DNA of 64,000 nucleotides, taken from Rhodobacterales bacterium (GTDB taxonomy: Bacteria; Pseudomonadota; Alphaproteobacteria; Rhodobacterales; Rhodobacteraceae). Location: contig PDSA01000032.1 of NCBI GenBank assembly GCA_002748285.1, positions 6,857 to 70,856 on the forward strand. Direction: 5' to 3'. Below, piece by piece: positions 1 through 8,479 of the stretch (within the stretch, counting starts at the first letter, position 1; every line of letters begins with the position of its first letter). Below the pieces are notes generated by a model. The model had not been told where the DNA came from, did not search any database, and saw nothing but the letters and a program-made list of their open reading frames with translations. A program made the translations under genes and the position numbers.

Positions 1-1
1 T

Positions 2-472
2 GCCATTCCCTGCCGCAGAACGATCCATCAGCACCGCATCGAATTTGTCAAAGGCGACCCGGTTATGCACCTTGGCCCGGCCCTGATCATTGCGCATCGC
101 TTCACGCAATTCCCGCGCATTCAGGTCAATCTGCACCTCATAGGTGTTGCCAAAAGACGAGAACCGTATCAAAGACAGACCCACCAGCGCCATAAAGGCG
201 GTCAGCCCGATCTTGATCAGCAACACATCCGCCGCCAGCGCCGATCCAGGCATGATCCACATCCCAATCCCTGCCACCAGCATTGAGGCTCCGACCAGCG
301 CCGCCATCCATTTCATCAAGACCTCGGATGTTCCGACCCGATGATTGTCGCGAATGATATAGCCCCAAAAGGTCTCGTCTTTACTCACGGTTGCCGGACG
401 CGGCTGCGCCTCGTCTGCAGCATAATTTCTGGTGCTGGTGGCGAAACCGGCAGGGTCGGATATAGCAGTCAT
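2..472 (-). CDS. hypothetical membrane protein (partial; 3' end runs off the left edge of the window)
   Basis: Absent from the ORF track because it has no in-window stop. Reading the minus strand from ATG (CAT at 470-472), I find no stop codon down to base 2 (157 codons). The translation MTAISDPAGF...EVLMKWMAALVGASMLVAGIGMWIMPGSALAADVLLIKIGLTAFMALVGLSLI contains two hydrophobic helices. Third codon positions are GC-rich. No family recognised. Confidence 0.45.
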   Translation of the reverse strand, partial: MTAISDPAGFATSTRNYAADEAQPRPATVSKDETFWGYIIRDNHRVGTSEVLMKWMAALVGASMLVAGIGMWIMPGSALAADVLLIKIGLTAFMALVGLSLIRFSSFGNTYEVQIDLNARELREAMRNDQGRAKVHNRVAFDKFDAVLMDRSAAGNG

Positions 473-747
473 CAGAGCGTCCTTTTTTCCTGTGTCTTGT
501 AAATCTGTTATACGTTCTATGCGAGTGACTTTTGACAATAAATCTGACCAAACTTGGGCGAAGCTGGATCATTTTCAGGGTTAGGGGCACCGCAATGATT
601 ATGGCTTGCATCCCCGCCCCGGCCCGCCTATAAGGCAGACTGCTTTTTCACAGTTTTTGAAAACCGGCGCAGTCTCTCGTAGGTGGGGCGTGGAAAAGCT
701 TATCCCCCGCCTTTTGAAATGCGCCTGATATAGAAATAGGAGTTCAC

Positions 748-1101
748 ATGCCACTTTATGAGCATGTCCTGATTGCGCGTCAGGATCTTTCCAATGCGCA
801 GGCCGAAGGGCTGATCGAACATTTTGGTGCCATCCTTGCCGATAATGGCGGCAAGCTCGTTGATAGCGAGTATTGGGGCATCAAGACCATGGCCTACAAA
901 ATCAACAAAAACCGCAAGGGCCACTATGCCTTTATGCGCAGCGATGCCCCCGCCCCGGCAGTTCAGGAAATGGAACGCCTGATGCGTCTGCATGATGATG
1001 TGATGCGTGTTCTGACCATCAAGGTCAACGAACATAAAGAGCTGCCCAGCGTGCAAATGCAAAAGCGCGAAGAGCGCGGCGATCGCAGACCACGTCGTTG
1101 A
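748..1101 (+). CDS. rpsF: 30S ribosomal protein S6
   Basis: MPLYEHVLIARQDLS...YWGIKTMAYKINKNRKGHY is a classic S6 N-terminus. AGGAG lies 6 nt upstream of the ATG, and rpsR-rplI follow. Confidence 0.97.
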   Translation: MPLYEHVLIARQDLSNAQAEGLIEHFGAILADNGGKLVDSEYWGIKTMAYKINKNRKGHYAFMRSDAPAPAVQEMERLMRLHDDVMRVLTIKVNEHKELPSVQMQKREERGDRRPRR

Positions 1102-1128
1102 TTTCAGATTAAGAAAAGGAATTAAACC

Positions 1129-1356
1129 ATGGCTTCTAAACCATTTTTCCGTCGTCGCAAGGTTTGCCCGTTCTCGGGTGATAATGCCCCTGCGATTGAC
1201 TACAAAGACACCCGCACCCTGCAACGCTATATCTCTGAGCGCGGCAAGATCGTGCCATCGCGCATCACCGCCGTTTCGGCGAAAAAACAACGGGAACTGG
1301 CCCGCGCCATCAAACGCGCCCGCTTTCTGGCCCTGTTGCCTTACGCTGTTAAATAG
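1129..1356 (+). CDS. rpsR: 30S ribosomal protein S18
   Basis: [12 protein letters not shown]...[50 protein letters not shown] is the S18 signature. Sits in the conserved rpsF-rpsR-rplI order. Confidence 0.97.
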   Translation: MASKPFFRRRKVCPFSGDNAPAIDYKDTRTLQRYISERGKIVPSRITAVSAKKQRELARAIKRARFLALLPYAVK

Positions 1357-1365
1357 GAGAACATC

Positions 1366-1986
1366 ATGCAAGTTATCCTGATGGAACGGGTCGCCAAGCT
1401 TGGCCAAATGGGCGACATTGTGAATGTCAAACAGGGCTATGCCCGCAATTTTCTGCTGCCCCAAGGCAAAGCCAAACGCGCCAGCGAAGCCAACATCGCC
1501 CTTTTTGAGACGCAAAAGGCACAGCTGGAAGCACGCAATCTGGAAACCAAAGCCGAAGCCGAAGCGCTGGCCGAAAAGCTGGGCGGTCAGCAGTTTGTGG
1601 TGATTCGCACCGCTTCTGACGCCGGTTCGCTTTATGGCTCGGTCACCGTGCGCGATGCCGCCGAAGCTGCCACCGCCGAAGGGTTCAGCATTGATCGCAA
1701 GCAGGTTGCCCTGAATGCGCCGATCAAAGAGCTGGGTCTGCACAGCGTCACCGTGCGCCTGCACCCTGAGGTCGAAGTGACCATTGAGCTGAACGTGGCC
1801 CGTTCCGCCGAAGAGGCCGAGCTGCAAGCTGCTGGTAAATCGGTTGCCGAACTGGCCGCCGAGGCCGAAGCGGCTGCTGAGTTCGAAATCGCCGAGCTGT
1901 TTGACGATATCGGCGCTGCCGCCAGCGATGAGGACGATCTGCAGGCCACACCGGCCAGCGAAGACGCTCCTGAAAAAGAGGCCTGA
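1366..1986 (+). CDS. rplI: 50S ribosomal protein L9
   Basis: [36 protein letters not shown] is an L9 N-terminus. The acidic Ala/Glu-rich C-terminal tail is common in alphaproteobacterial L9. Confidence 0.95.
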   Translation: MQVILMERVAKLGQMGDIVNVKQGYARNFLLPQGKAKRASEANIALFETQKAQLEARNLETKAEAEALAEKLGGQQFVVIRTASDAGSLYGSVTVRDAAEAATAEGFSIDRKQVALNAPIKELGLHSVTVRLHPEVEVTIELNVARSAEEAELQAAGKSVAELAAEAEAAAEFEIAELFDDIGAAASDEDDLQATPASEDAPEKEA

Positions 1987-2013
1987 TCGCCCACATCCAT
2001 TGCGACATCGTGA

Positions 2014-2053
2014 CAAAAAACCAGCCGCGCCGAGCAATCGGGGCGGCTTTTTC
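2014..2053 (+). terminator. intrinsic terminator after rplI (A-run upstream makes it potentially bidirectional)
   Basis: AGCCGC(2023-2028)...GCGGCT(2043-2048) stem with inner CCGA/TCGG pairing, followed by TTTTT. AAAAAA precedes the stem. Confidence 0.6.
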
Positions 2054-2093
2054 ATGGAACCTCTCGGCCACGGTGGCCAATCCCCGACCCGTT

Positions 2094-2684
2094 TCAGCGT
2101 TCACCCCGCTGAAACCAGCTCTGCACTCGGCGTTGCAACAGCTGCCAGATCAGCGGCGCACCGCGGGCCACTTTGGTGCCTACCCGCGCCTCAACCTGCT
2201 CAAGGCGCACCTGATACGCCCGCCAAGAGTGGCCGTCATTTTCCAGATTCGAAATCACCGGCTGCACCCGATCAATCGCTTTGGCAAAGATCGCGTCATC
2301 GGTTTCGGCGGCCTCGAACTCCTCCCAGAGCTGACGAAACGCCCGCGCCTGATCCGCCGGCAGCAAGCCAAAAATCCGTTTCGCCGCCTGTTGTTCCTTT
2401 TGCTGCAACGCCACCGGGTCGTGATCGCCATGGATCGGCGCATCACCTGCGTCGATCTCGACCAGATCATGGATCAGCAACATCTGAATCACCCGCTCAA
2501 TGCGCACCGGCTGCGCCGCATGTTCCGCCAGCACCAGTGCATAAAGCGCAATATGCCAGCTATGTTCGCCGGAATTCTCGAACCGCGAGCCATCGCAGAG
2601 CCGCGTGGCCCGCAGCACCGATTTCAGCTTGTCGGCTTCGCTCAGAAAGGTCAGTTGTTGGTTCAGGCGTGTTTCATTGCTCAT
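2094..2684 (-). CDS. HD-domain phosphohydrolase (YfbR-like 5'-nucleotidase family)
   Basis: Carries the H...HD...D metal-binding pattern (SGEHSWHIALYALVL, LLIHDLVEIDAGD). I place the start at ATG 2684 (MSNETRLNQQ). The longer track ORF to 2819 overlaps the small ORF listed below. Confidence 0.8.
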   Translation of the reverse strand: MSNETRLNQQLTFLSEADKLKSVLRATRLCDGSRFENSGEHSWHIALYALVLAEHAAQPVRIERVIQMLLIHDLVEIDAGDAPIHGDHDPVALQQKEQQAAKRIFGLLPADQARAFRQLWEEFEAAETDDAIFAKAIDRVQPVISNLENDGHSWRAYQVRLEQVEARVGTKVARGAPLIWQLLQRRVQSWFQRGER

Positions 2685-2737
2685 GATCCGAAAGATGCCA
2701 CAGCTTCCCCGGCAACCGCAAGGGATGCCGCCCCCGG

Positions 2738-2878
2738 CTACATCAGATAAGCCACCAGCGCGAAAGCGGCGGCATAGAGCAGCGTATTGCCGATCAGATA
2801 GCGCCAATCCGTGGTCCATTTCAGCGTGCTATAGGCCCCAAGCCCGGCCCCGAACAGGGTGGCGTAATAGATCAGCAT
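2738..2878 (-). CDS. small hydrophobic protein, 46 aa (not in the ORF track; below its length cut-off)
   Basis: MLIYYATLFGAGLGAYSTLKWTTDWRYLIGNTLLYAAAFALVAYLM, stop TAG at 2738-2740. GAGG lies 5 nt upstream of the ATG. It starts 7 nt after the stop of the upstream lipoprotein gene. Third codon positions are GC-rich, and there are two hydrophobic segments. Confidence 0.35.
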   Translation of the reverse strand: MLIYYATLFGAGLGAYSTLKWTTDWRYLIGNTLLYAAAFALVAYLM

Positions 2879-2885
2879 CTCGGCC

Positions 2886-4301
2886 TCACGCTTGTGGCCG
2901 CCGTGGCGGGGTCAGAGCGCGGATTTCATTCAGACGCTCGCGCACCTCCCGATCCGATCCCAGCCCGTAGCGGGCCCAGCCCAGGCTTTCCTGCTGCACG
3001 GCGCGGGCTTCTGAGGCACGCCCGGTCAGCTCCAGCGCCTGAGATTTCACCATCAGAAAGGTCGCCAGCAGCGAAGCATTTTGCGCCTGATAAATGGTCG
3101 GCAGATGGGCATCGGCCAGCTTCAGCACCGCTTCGTCATCGCCGGCCACCAAGGCAAAAACGGCCAGCTGCAGCGCCACATGCGCCGCCTGAATACGGGT
3201 GGAAGGGCTGGAGCGGTAGAGCATCCCCGCTTTCAGAAACGCCGCCAGCGCTATGTCAGTTTTGCTGGAAAGCGCCACCCGCCCCAGCACATAATAGCTA
3301 AACCCCAGCCGAGGCCCGTTCCAACCCAGCGCATTGGCAATCGCCACCGCCCTCTTGGCCGCGGCGCGGCGGGCGCTCAGGCTCGATTTCGCCCCCAGCG
3401 CGGTCTCGATCGCTTTGATCCAGCTGCGCGGTGTGGGCAATCCGGCAGGGCGGCTGGGCAGGTTCTGTCCGCCCGGGTTCAGCCGTGCCAATATCTGCGG
3501 CAATACGGCGGCCACCTGCCCCCGGCGCATCCCATTATGCAGCCGAGGGCTGTAATAGGCGCGCAAAACCAGCATATCAAAGCCGGTCAGCACCGTATGG
3601 AAATTGTCATCATTGAACACGCTGTCAGGCAAACGGTAGAGATCATTCAGCGGGCCAAGCGCCTGGGCCAACTCTTCGTGCAGACAATCACGGATCTCTT
3701 GCGGGCTAACATCCCCGGGCAGGAAAATCGTCACGTTCTGGCGGGATTTCAGCGCTCGCCAACTGGTCAGTTCCTTGTGCCGCTTGCGGCGAAACTCGGC
3801 CCAGCTGCTGACATTGGGCACCACGAAACAGGCAGCATTGGGCACGGCCTGACGCAGCTGTGCCTTTGAGACCACTTCAATGGTGATATTGGCCGGCTGA
3901 CTGGGTCTGCGGCGGGTGATGCCAATTCCGGCTTCGGTTTTCAGCCGCTTTAACAGTTGCGTCAGATCGGTGAACAAGCTGGCGGGGGCCTGGCCGATCA
4001 CCCGCAGACTGATCGGGCCTTCAAAGCGGGTCATCATCGCCAGCTGCGCGCCGCTTTCCATGGCAAAGGACAGATCGAGAAAATCGCGGGCAATGTCGCG
4101 GTTGCTGCGGAGCGGAAGCACGGCCCGGGTGGCGGAGAAGTGTTTGACCGGCGGCAATTTCACCGCAGATCGGCTGGGCAGAGGTGCCGATTGCGGCCGC
4201 TCCGCCGCCCCGCATCCGGCCAGCACCAGACCGATCAGCAAAACCCCGGCACGCATCAGCCTTGGGGGGGAAGGGATCAGTTTTTGCGGAAATGCGGTCA
4301 T
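2886..4301 (-). CDS. lipoprotein with DUF2927-like domain and C-terminal helical-repeat region
   Basis: Signal peptide plus lipobox (MRAGVLLIGLVLAGC). The central block IRDCLHEELAQALGPLNDLYRLPDSVFNDDNFHTVLTGFDMLVLRAYYSPRL matches my recollection of DUF2927. The start is ambiguous: ATG at 4337, 4301 or 4256. Confidence 0.6.
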   Translation of the reverse strand: MTAFPQKLIPSPPRLMRAGVLLIGLVLAGCGAAERPQSAPLPSRSAVKLPPVKHFSATRAVLPLRSNRDIARDFLDLSFAMESGAQLAMMTRFEGPISLRVIGQAPASLFTDLTQLLKRLKTEAGIGITRRRPSQPANITIEVVSKAQLRQAVPNAACFVVPNVSSWAEFRRKRHKELTSWRALKSRQNVTIFLPGDVSPQEIRDCLHEELAQALGPLNDLYRLPDSVFNDDNFHTVLTGFDMLVLRAYYSPRLHNGMRRGQVAAVLPQILARLNPGGQNLPSRPAGLPTPRSWIKAIETALGAKSSLSARRAAAKRAVAIANALGWNGPRLGFSYYVLGRVALSSKTDIALAAFLKAGMLYRSSPSTRIQAAHVALQLAVFALVAGDDEAVLKLADAHLPTIYQAQNASLLATFLMVKSQALELTGRASEARAVQQESLGWARYGLGSDREVRERLNEIRALTPPRRPQA

Positions 4302-4463
4302 TATGCTGCCTTTGCGCGGGGGGGATTTTGTGGTCATAGCTTATTTTTGTGGCAAACGCATAGCCCGTTTTCAGCAATCGCCGGGAGGTGCGGCATATTT
4401 GCTGTGCTTGCGCATCCCTTGGGGGCGCATTAGATTATGGGCAGTCAGAGATAAGGAGGCCCC

Positions 4464-4775
4464 ATGTTCAGAATCGCGATCATCAGCCTGCTGATGCTGG
4501 GGGCTTTGCCTGCGGCCGGGCGGGCTTGTGTCGCGTTTGACGGTGCCCGCAACCGGTTTTCCAATGCCTGTGACGCGGCGCAATATGTCCAATACCGCAC
4601 GGTAGGTGGGGGCTGTTATCTAAAGCAGCCCGGCCATATGAGTTTGCAACCGGGCGAGAGCGCCACCGACCCAAAGCTGGGGCAATCCTGTGGCAGTGAT
4701 GCAAAATGGTGGGTGCAATATGGCTGGTGCGATCTGGCAGAGTGGCAAAAGGGAGCGTGCAAGGTCAAGCCGTAG
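4464..4775 (+). CDS. small secreted cysteine-rich protein (hypothetical)
   Basis: Strong AAGGAGG lies 5 nt upstream of the ATG. Has an N-terminal signal peptide (MFRIAIISLLMLGALPAAGRA). The mature part has six Cys, at residues 22, 36, 51, 76, 89 and 99. No family recognised. Confidence 0.55.
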   Translation: MFRIAIISLLMLGALPAAGRACVAFDGARNRFSNACDAAQYVQYRTVGGGCYLKQPGHMSLQPGESATDPKLGQSCGSDAKWWVQYGWCDLAEWQKGACKVKP

Positions 4776-4874
4776 AGGCTTTGGCAGCATCGCCCGAATC
4801 TTTGGATAAAGCCACAAGGGCAGGTTCGCGACCACCCGGCCTCAACTCAGAACCCTTGCCCCTCCCCTTCGCCC

Positions 4875-5717
4875 TTAACGCCGCTGCCCCCGCGCCATAA
4901 AGGCCAGCCGTTCGAACAAATGCACATCCTGCTCATTCTTCAACAACGCCCCGTGCAGCTTGGGCAACGCATTGGCCCCGCCGCGTTTCAGATCCTCAGG
5001 GCTCAGATCCTCGGCCAGCAGCAGTTTCAGCCAATCCAGCACCTCGCTGGTCGAAGGCTTTTTCTTAAGCCCCGATGTCTCACGCAATTCGTAAAACTGG
5101 GTTAACGCCGCCGTCAGCAGCGCCTCTTTTACCCCCGGATGATGCACCTCAACGATCTTGCGCATGGTGTCGATATCGGGAAAGCGGATGTAATGGAAAA
5201 AGCAGCGGCGCAAAAACGCATCCGGCAGCTCTTTTTCATTATTCGAGGTGATGATCACAATCGGGCGCTGCTCGGCCCGGATCACTTCGCCGGTCTCGTA
5301 AACATGGAATTCCATCTTGTCCAGCTCTTGCAGCAGATCGTTGGGAAACTCGATATCCGCCTTGTCGACCTCATCAATCAGCAGAACGGTTTTCTGTTTT
5401 GCTTCAAAGGCTTGCCACAATTTTCCCTTTTTGATGTAATTCGAAATATCATGCACCCGCTCATCGCCCAGCTGGCTGTCGCGCAACCGGCTGACCGCGT
5501 CATATTCATACAGCCCCTGCTGGGCGCGGGTGGTGGATTTGATGTGCCATTCGATCATCTCCAGCCCCAGCGCATTGGCCACCTGCCGGGCCAGCTCGGT
5601 CTTGCCGGTGCCGGGCTCGCCTTTGACCAGCAAGGGGCGCTCCAAAGTCACGGCGGCATTAACCGCAACCGTCAAATCATCGGTGGCAACATAATTCTCG
5701 GTCGAGCTGAATTTCAT
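4875..5717 (-). CDS. MoxR-family AAA+ ATPase
   Basis: Walker A GEPGTGKTELA, Walker B LLIDEVDKA, and the sensor region ITSNNEKELPDAFLRRC. Start set at ATG 5717 (MKFSSTENYV). Confidence 0.9.
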   Translation of the reverse strand: MKFSSTENYVATDDLTVAVNAAVTLERPLLVKGEPGTGKTELARQVANALGLEMIEWHIKSTTRAQQGLYEYDAVSRLRDSQLGDERVHDISNYIKKGKLWQAFEAKQKTVLLIDEVDKADIEFPNDLLQELDKMEFHVYETGEVIRAEQRPIVIITSNNEKELPDAFLRRCFFHYIRFPDIDTMRKIVEVHHPGVKEALLTAALTQFYELRETSGLKKKPSTSEVLDWLKLLLAEDLSPEDLKRGGANALPKLHGALLKNEQDVHLFERLAFMARGQRR

Positions 5718-5910
5718 GGTTTTCCCTATAGGTTGAGTGTTGGCCGGATCGGCTTTGTTTACGTCCCTTACCCCAGCCTTCAATTTTCATCAAGATCACC
5801 AAATGGGGCGTGACAAAGCCTGCGCTTTGCACTAAGGCAACCGCAGTAAGGTTTCTGAAAGGTTTGAACCGCAATGGTCAGAGACCCAAGAATTGCAAAA
5901 GGGGAGTGTG

Positions 5911-6333
5911 ATGAGGCCCGAAGTTTTTCTGCCCGCTGATTACAGCCCGGCCGAGGATGAGCCCTTCATGAATGAGCGCCAGCTGGAATATTTCCGCCGC
6001 AAGCTGGTGACTTGGAAGGAAGAACTGTTATCCGATGGCAAAGAGACCATCGAGCATTTGCAGGATGGGGCGCGCAATATCCCGGATATGGCTGATCGTG
6101 CCAGCGAGGAAACTGACCGCGCGCTTGAGCTGCGCACCCGGGATCGGCAGCGCAAGCTGGTGCTGAAGATTGATCAGGCTCTGCGGCGCATCGAGGAAGG
6201 CGAGTTCGGCTATTGCTGCAAAACCGGCGAGCCGATTTCGCTGAAACGTCTGGATGCCCGCCCGATTGCCACCATGTCGCTTGAGGCGCAGGAGCGTCAC
6301 GAGCGCAAGGAAAAGGTCTATCGCGACGATTAG
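5911..6333 (+). CDS. dksA: RNA polymerase-binding transcription factor DksA
   Basis: Coiled-coil tip DMADRA (the DxxDxA motif) and a C-terminal FGYC...RLDARP region homologous to E. coli DksA. GGGGAG lies 4 nt upstream of ATG 5911. Confidence 0.9.
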   Translation: MRPEVFLPADYSPAEDEPFMNERQLEYFRRKLVTWKEELLSDGKETIEHLQDGARNIPDMADRASEETDRALELRTRDRQRKLVLKIDQALRRIEEGEFGYCCKTGEPISLKRLDARPIATMSLEAQERHERKEKVYRDD

Positions 6334-6437
6334 CAGGCTGGCTTGCGGCAAGTACTTTGCCGCGCCAGATATATGAGAGATCAAGAAAAAACACCTGGCA
6401 GAGATGCTGTGGTGTTTTTTTTGCAGGAGCAACCGGC

Positions 6438-7616
6438 ATGACGCTGAATGGAAAACAGATCACGGTGGTGGGCGGCGGCATTGGCGGGCTGGCCGCGGCT
6501 GTGGCCATGGCGCAGCGCGGTGGCCGGGTGACGGTGCTGGAACAGGCCGAAGCGATCACCGAGGTCGGGGCCGGCTTGCAAATCGGCCCCAATGGCTATA
6601 CCGTGTTGCGCGCTTTGGGGCTGGGTGATGCGCTGGCTGCAAAATCGGTGCGGGCGACCGGGGTTCGGTTGTTGGATGGGGTCTCGGGCCAGCAGGTTTT
6701 TGCGCTGGATTTCCAACGCTTCAGGCCGGATCAGCATTATTATATGGTGCATCGCGCCGATCTGATCGACGTTCTGGCCGAGGCCGCGCGGGCGGCAGGG
6801 GTTGAGATCAGGCTGTCTCAGCGTCTGGAAAGTGTTGCGTTTGATCAAAACCAAGCGCAGTTGCAGATGGCCGATGGTCAGGTTTTGATGCCCGAGCTGT
6901 TCATCTGTGCCGGAGGGTTGCATTCCAAACTGCGCCCGGTGATCAACGGCAAACGCGAGCCATTTTTCACCAAACAGGTCGCTTGGCGCATGGTGATTCC
7001 GGCGCTGGGGGGCGAAGCTCCGATGGCGCAGGTGTTTATGGGCCATGGCAAGCATCTGGTGACCTATCCGTTGCGCGGTGGAGAGCTGATCAATGTGGTG
7101 GCGGTGCAAGAACGCGACATCTGGGCCGCTGAGGGCTGGAATTACAAGACCGACCCCGCCGAACTGAGCTATGTGTTCGGCGATTTCTGCGACGAGGTGC
7201 AGGCGCTGTTTGAGCGGGTGGAGGATGTCTACTTATGGGGTCTGTTCCGCCACCCGGTTGCGGCGCGCTGGCATCAGGGCAATGCGGCGCTGTTGGGCGA
7301 TGCGGCGCATCCGACCTTGCCGTTTATGGCACAGGGCGCGGTGATGGCGTTGGAGGATGCCTGGGTGCTGGCCGATGCGCTGGATCAGGATACGCCGGTT
7401 GAGCAGGCACTGGCGTCTTATCAAAACCGGCGCCGTCAGAGAGCGGCAGCGGTGGTCGAGGCGGCCAATCAGAACGCCCGCAATTATCATTTCGGTCCGG
7501 GTCCGAAACGCAGCCTGGCGCATTTGGCATTGCGGATGGGCAGCCGTTTGGCGCCGGGATTGGCGCTGAAGAAATATGACTGGATTTATGGATATGATGT
7601 GACCAAGGAAAGCTGA
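6438..7616 (+). CDS. FAD-dependent monooxygenase (salicylate-hydroxylase-like)
   Basis: GxGxxG dinucleotide fold (VVGGGIGGLAAAVAMA), GAGLQIGPNG, and a C-terminal GDAAHPTLPFMAQGA FAD fingerprint. AGGAG lies 8 nt upstream of ATG 6438. Confidence 0.85.
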   Translation: MTLNGKQITVVGGGIGGLAAAVAMAQRGGRVTVLEQAEAITEVGAGLQIGPNGYTVLRALGLGDALAAKSVRATGVRLLDGVSGQQVFALDFQRFRPDQHYYMVHRADLIDVLAEAARAAGVEIRLSQRLESVAFDQNQAQLQMADGQVLMPELFICAGGLHSKLRPVINGKREPFFTKQVAWRMVIPALGGEAPMAQVFMGHGKHLVTYPLRGGELINVVAVQERDIWAAEGWNYKTDPAELSYVFGDFCDEVQALFERVEDVYLWGLFRHPVAARWHQGNAALLGDAAHPTLPFMAQGAVMALEDAWVLADALDQDTPVEQALASYQNRRRQRAAAVVEAANQNARNYHFGPGPKRSLAHLALRMGSRLAPGLALKKYDWIYGYDVTKES

Positions 7617-7759
7617 CATTGAGAGCCAAAAGAGACACTCCTGATTGCGCCTTTTGACTGTAAGTTTTTGGTTTCACGCTGACGGGGGCTTTGGGGATCC
7701 GAATCCACTCCCGCCAGCTATGTCAGCCGGCACAGGGCAAGGATGCTTATTGCCGGGCC

Positions 7760-8479
7760 CTACCCCTCTAAATGCAGATAAACCCGGCGGTTCTGCGCCC
7801 CTTTATTCTGCACTTTGCCAATCCGCAACCGCCCGATTTCACCGGTGCGCTGCACATGCGTGCCGCCGCAAGGTTGCAGATCAACCTGCGCTTCACCCTG
7901 CCCGATGCCGATCAGACGGATGCGCCCGGCCCCCTTGGGCGGCTGCACCGACAGGGTCTTGACCAACTCGGGATTGGCCGCCAGCTCGTCATCGCTGATC
8001 CAGCCCTCGGTCACCAGCAAATCGGCGGCCACCAGCCGGTTCAGCTGCTCTTCCAGCGCGGGCTTGTCAATCACTGGCTCGGGGATCGCAAAATCCAGCC
8101 GGCTTTTCTGGCTGCCAATCGCCCCGCCAGTGACCGGATAGGGCAGCACCACCGACAGCAGATGCAGCGCGGTGTGCATCCGCATATGGTGGTGGCGGCG
8201 CTCCCAATCCAGATGCTGCATCACCTCGGTTCCCACCGGCGGCAAAGCAGCCGGTTCCGCCGGCACCAGTACGATGTCATCGCCGGAGCCTTTGACCGTG
8301 GTAGCGATCTCAAGCTGCTGATCGTCCCAGACAAGCACCCCGCTATCGCCCGGCTGCCCGCCGCTGGTGGCGTAAAAGATGCACTGATCCAGCACCACCC
8401 CGCCCTCAACCGTATGGGCGGTGACCGTGGCAGGTGCATCGCGCAAATAGGCGTTTTTCAGGAAGCTTGGCGCGGTCAT
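7760..8479 (-). CDS. alanyl-tRNA editing protein (AlaX-type, free-standing editing domain)
   Basis: Carries the HxxxH (HTALHLL) and CxxxH (CGGTHV) zinc motifs of the Ala/Thr-tRNA synthetase second additional domain. Confidence 0.85.
   Translation of the reverse strand: MTAPSFLKNAYLRDAPATVTAHTVEGGVVLDQCIFYATSGGQPGDSGVLVWDDQQLEIATTVKGSGDDIVLVPAEPAALPPVGTEVMQHLDWERRHHHMRMHTALHLLSVVLPYPVTGGAIGSQKSRLDFAIPEPVIDKPALEEQLNRLVAADLLVTEGWISDDELAANPELVKTLSVQPPKGAGRIRLIGIGQGEAQVDLQPCGGTHVQRTGEIGRLRIGKVQNKGAQNRRVYLHLEG

Noticed and set aside
532-560. TTGACA hexamer upstream of rpsF as a -35 element
   Set aside because: The sequence 17 nt downstream (TGGGCG) is a poor -10, and the position is more than 180 nt from the rpsF ATG. 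I cannot support a promoter call from sequence alone.
700-2055. 451-aa minus-strand ORF covering the rpsF-rpsR-rplI operon
   Set aside because: It is antisense to three ribosomal protein genes and has an implausible Gly/Arg/Phe-rich sequence.
8476-8479. 4-nt overlap between the mechanosensitive channel gene and the AlaX editing-protein gene as a sign of functional linkage
   Set aside because: ATGA-type overlaps are common in this window (clpA/M23, degT/glycerate kinase, hisC/tyrC). They indicate co-transcription only, and nothing in the sequence suggests a shared function.
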